A stretch of 37,264 bases of DNA. It comes from Paramoeba atlantica. Its lineage: Eukaryota > Protista > Discosea. Below the pieces are notes generated by a model. It worked only from the letters and a program-made list of their open reading frames with translations, was not told the origin of the DNA and did not search any database. Each line of letters begins with the position of its first letter. Position 1 is the first letter of the stretch. The stretch covers positions 1 through 37,264 of the forward strand of contig CDRNVI010000096.1 in the NCBI GenBank assembly GCA_977017575.1. Direction: 5' to 3'. This document shows positions 33,061 through 37,264 of this stretch, one piece after another. The position numbers were made by a program, and so were the translations under genes.

Positions 33061-34471
33061 TTTTTGCGATTCTCTTCGTTCACAATCGTGTGGCCGCTTT
33101 TGGGCGCGCGCGAGAGACGCAACGTGAATCGCAGAAGCAATGGTACATTTTAGGGTATTTTCTTTGCTGAAATGAAGTCTTTTTGGCCTGTGTAGCAGAT
33201 GACGTTTTGGCGGCAGAGACGGTGAATGGGTAGATGGCCGTGCGCGTGTCAAATGTAAAAGCCCGAAAAGTGTACCGCTTTTTAGCGCATCATATCTTAA
33301 AATTCAAAATGACGTCAGATTTACCTCTTTCCGCCTGCACGGTGAAGGGGGGTTTTCAGATATCTCTGGACGCGACGTTTGCATGACTTCCGTGCATGGC
33401 GTGCGTCGATTGCGAAACGCCGAACCAGCAAGCTACACCTCCTGAGTGGTCGTGCTTCGCGCGATATTTTCTGTAGAGATAGAGTTTTTCCGTTAGTCAG
33501 TATGATTGCGAAACAAAACGTGGGTTTCGCCAGTCCACTTTTTGTCCGTTCTTCCCTGAATCAAATCTTAAACAATTTTAACCCTTTCTAATTGATGAGC
33601 GTTCTGATCGCTCGTGCTTTGCTCTGATATTTGCTTTGGGCACTCTTTTCACATGATTTCACTGATACTATAAGACTTCCCCTCTTCTAACGCAAGAATT
33701 TGTTGTCATCGGACATTCTTTTAGTCAAATCAATGCTTGATTGCACAAGCTTCCTGCATCTCAAGGGGGGGGGTTGTATTTCTCTACACCTCTTTCACTT
33801 TTCACCTGCTCTTCCAAGCAACAGGGTCACAGGGCGCGCGCGTATTGTAATAGTGTGGTGGAAAAACGTCGGTTTCACACGAAACTCGCATCCACCGTGC
33901 GACCCCATTCCGTGGAGAACGATCTTTGTTTTCTTCGATCGCACTGATTCCGTTAGATGCACAGAGCGTGATTTCACGTGAATCGAACAATTCCGCGAGA
34001 TGTTTTACTTGGGGCAAAGCAGGGCAGCACATGAACAATGAAAACAGGACGCGCAATGGCGCGGAACACCTTCCACGTGACACCTTCCGAAACGCGTTCT
34101 GCACAATCCAGGTATAAAACAACGAATTTCTTCGCCCGGCCGTTGCAAAGACCCACCCCTTACCGATAGATTTCGTAGCTCTGCTCTAAACGTGAACGCA
34201 TCGTGCTCAACCTCTCTTCCCGACTATGTCATCGCAAAAATTGTATGTGTCACTTCTGGGCCGTTCGCATGGGCATGTGTTGGGCACACTCAAACCCCCA
34301 TTGCATTCATCAATGCGACCTACGGTTGTGAATGTCGCCTTGCTTGGGGGGGGGGGGGGGCTGTAAGGATCGTTAAGCGAGCGAAATCGGGGAGTTTCCA
34401 TTATGACATGAATTAGCAAGGTAAAGTGCACCGCTATGGACACACAAAATTCGAGACACACCACGACGGAA

Positions 34472-34552
34472 GCGTCCATACCCAAGTGGTTAAGGGGCCT
34501 GACTTGAAATCAGGTGTGTTCTCACGCGCAGGTTCGAACCGTGCTGGGCGCG
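34472..34552 (+). tRNA. trnS(UGA): tRNA-Ser(UGA), copy 16, T-stem variant
   Basis: Identical to copy 11. Confidence 0.82.
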
Positions 34553-35963
34553 TTTTTGCGATTCTCTTCGTTCACAATCGTGTGGCCGCTTTTGGGCGCG
34601 CGCGAGAGACGCAACGTGAATCGCAGAAGCAATGGTACATTTTAGGGTATTTTCTTTGCTGAAATGAAGTCTTTTTGGCCTGTGTAGCAGATGACGTTTT
34701 GGCGGCAGAGACGGTGAATGGGTAGATGGCCGTGCGCGTGTCAAATGTAAAAGCCCGAAAAGTGTACCGCTTTTTAGCGCATCATATCTTAAAATTCAAA
34801 ATGACGTCAGATTTACCTCTTTCCGCCTGCACGGTGAAGGGGGGTTTTCAGATATCTCTGGACGCGACGTTTGCATGACTTCCGTGCATGGCGTGCGTCG
34901 ATTGCGAAACGCCGAACCAGCAAGCTACACCTCCTGAGTGGTCGTGCTTCGCGCGATATTTTCTGTAGAGATAGAGTTTTTCCGTTAGTCAGTATGATTG
35001 CGAAACAAAACGTGGGTTTCGCCAGTCCACTTTTTGTCCGTTCTTCCCTGAATCAAATCTTAAACAATTTTAACCCTTTCTAATTGATGAGCGTTCTGAT
35101 CGCTCGTGCTTTGCTCTGATATTTGCTTTGGGCACTCTTTTCACATGATTTCACTGATACTATAAGACTTCCCCTCTTCTAACGCAAGAATTTGTTGTCA
35201 TCGGACATTCTTTTAGTCAAATCAATGCTTGATTGCACAAGCTTCCTGCATCTCAAGGGGGGGGGTTGTATTTCTCTACACCTCTTTCACTTTTCACCTG
35301 CTCTTCCAAGCAACAGGGTCACAGGGCGCGCGCGTATTGTAATAGTGTGGTGGAAAAACGTCGGTTTCACACGAAACTCGCATCCACCGTGCGACCCCAT
35401 TCCGTGGAGAACGATCTTTGTTTTCTTCGATCGCACTGATTCCGTTAGATGCACAGAGCGTGATTTCACGTGAATCGAACAATTCCGCGAGATGTTTTAC
35501 TTGGGGCAAAGCAGGGCAGCACATGAACAATGAAAACAGGACGCGCAATGGCGCGGAACACCTTCCACGTGACACCTTCCGAAACGCGTTCTGCACAATC
35601 CAGGTATAAAACAACGAATTTCTTCGCCCGGCCGTTGCAAAGACCCACCCCTTACCGATAGATTTCGTAGCTCTGCTCTAAACGTGAACGCATCGTGCTC
35701 AACCTCTCTTCCCGACTATGTCATCGCAAAAATTGTATGTGTCACTTCTGGGCCGTTCGCATGGGCATGTGTTGGGCACACTCAAACCCCCATTGCATTC
35801 ATCAATGCGACCTACGGTTGTGAATGTCGCCTTGCTTGGGGGGGGGGGGGGGCTGTAAGGATCGTTAAGCGAGCGAAATCGGGGAGTTTCCATTATGACA
35901 TGAATTAGCAAGGTAAAGTGCACCGCTATGGACACACAAAATTCGAGACACACCACGACGGAA

Positions 35964-36044
35964 GCGTCCATACCCAAGTGGTTAAGGGGCCTGACTTGAA
36001 ATCAGGTGTGTTCTCACGCGCAGGTTCGAACCGTGCTGGGCGCG
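35964..36044 (+). tRNA. trnS(UGA): tRNA-Ser(UGA), copy 17, T-stem variant
   Basis: Identical to copy 11. Confidence 0.82.
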
Positions 36045-37264
36045 TTTTTGCGATTCTCTTCGTTCACAATCGTGTGGCCGCTTTTGGGCGCGCGCGAGAG
36101 ACGCAACGTGAATCGCAGAAGCAATGGTACATTTTAGGGTATTTTCTTTGCTGAAATGAAGTCTTTTTGGCCTGTGTAGCAGATGACGTTTTGGCGGCAG
36201 AGACGGTGAATGGGTAGATGGCCGTGCGCGTGTCAAATGTAAAAGCCCGAAAAGTGTACCGCTTTTTAGCGCATCATATCTTAAAATTCAAAATGACGTC
36301 AGATTTACCTCTTTCCGCCTGCACGGTGAAGGGGGGTTTTCAGATATCTCTGGACGCGACGTTTGCATGACTTCCGTGCATGGCGTGCGTCGATTGCGAA
36401 ACGCCGAACCAGCAAGCTACACCTCCTGAGTGGTCGTGCTTCGCGCGATATTTTCTGTAGAGATAGAGTTTTTCCGTTAGTCAGTATGATTGCGAAACAA
36501 AACGTGGGTTTCGCCAGTCCACTTTTTGTCCGTTCTTCCCTGAATCAAATCTTAAACAATTTTAACCCTTTCTAATTGATGAGCGTTCTGATCGCTCGTG
36601 CTTTGCTCTGATATTTGCTTTGGGCACTCTTTTCACATGATTTCACTGATACTATAAGACTTCCCCTCTTCTAACGCAAGAATTTGTTGTCATCGGACAT
36701 TCTTTTAGTCAAATCAATGCTTGATTGCACAAGCTTCCTGCATCTCAAGGGGGGGGGTTGTATTTCTCTACACCTCTTTCACTTTTCACCTGCTCTTCCA
36801 AGCAACAGGGTCACAGGGCGCGCGCGTATTGTAATAGTGTGGTGGAAAAACGTCGGTTTCACACGAAACTCGCATCCACCGTGCGACCCCATTCCGTGGA
36901 GAACGATCTTTGTTTTCTTCGATCGCACTGATTCCGTTAGATGCACAGAGCGTGATTTCACGTGAATCGAACAATTCCGCGAGATGTTTTACTTGGGGCA
37001 AAGCAGGGCAGCACATGAACAATGAAAACAGGACGCGCAATGGCGCGGAACACCTTCCACGTGACACCTTCCGAAACGCGTTCTGCACAATCCAGGTATA
37101 AAACAACGAATTTCTTCGCCCGGCCGTTGCAAAGACCCACCCCTTACCGATAGATTTCGTAGCTCTGCTCTAAACGTGAACGCATCGTGCTCAACCTCTC
37201 TTCCCGACTATGTCATCGCAAAAATTGTATGTGTCACTTCTGGGCCGTTCGCATGGGCATGTGT

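Larger units (their letters stand above)
1..37264 (+). repeat. Tandem array of a ~1,492-bp tRNA-Ser unit; units are 1,490-1,492 bp when empty and 3,050-3,053 bp with the retroelement
   Basis: The identical marker ORF MHDFRA.. recurs at 1576, 4627, 7679, 10729, 13782, 16835, 18325, 21375, 22866, 25919 and then every 1,492 bp to 36363. The 1,561-bp difference between filled and empty units equals the 1,548-bp insert plus the 13-bp TSD; residual length variation is in a poly-G tract. Confidence 0.99.

Noticed and set aside
1-37264. CRISPR array or prokaryotic repeat system
   Set aside because: Repeats are 1.5-3 kb with no unique spacers and no cas-like ORFs; the tRNA lacks an encoded CCA and has a Pol III T-run, which points to a eukaryote.

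Overview
The whole window is one eukaryotic tandem array. The basic unit is about 1,492 bp and carries a single + strand tRNA-Ser(UGA) gene (81 nt, no encoded CCA, followed by a TTTTT Pol III terminator). There are 17 tRNA copies. Eight units (seven complete, one cut by the window start) carry the same 1,548-bp insertion at the same spacer position, flanked by a 13-bp target-site duplication (ATTGTAATAGTGT); ten other units show the empty site. The insertion is a 5'-truncated non-LTR retrotransposon. Its frame is open from the first inserted base and starts at the reverse transcriptase 'YLG' motif (no catalytic core). It continues through an RTE-like thumb/C-terminal region into a complete RNase H (D-E-D-H-D residues present) and a Lys/Ser-rich tail, then a short 3' UTR with a stem-loop and (TAGGA)4. 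Unit order is filled x6, empty, filled, empty, filled, empty x8. Because every copy has the same truncation point and TSD, this looks like one retrotransposition event spread by array recombination. SNPs define three haplotype blocks. Every tRNA that follows an empty site has a stem-breaking substitution, while fully paired tRNAs occur only after an insertion. The first ~1.3 kb looks like error-prone contig-end sequence. All other short ORFs are treated as non-coding. The host species cannot be determined from the sequence.
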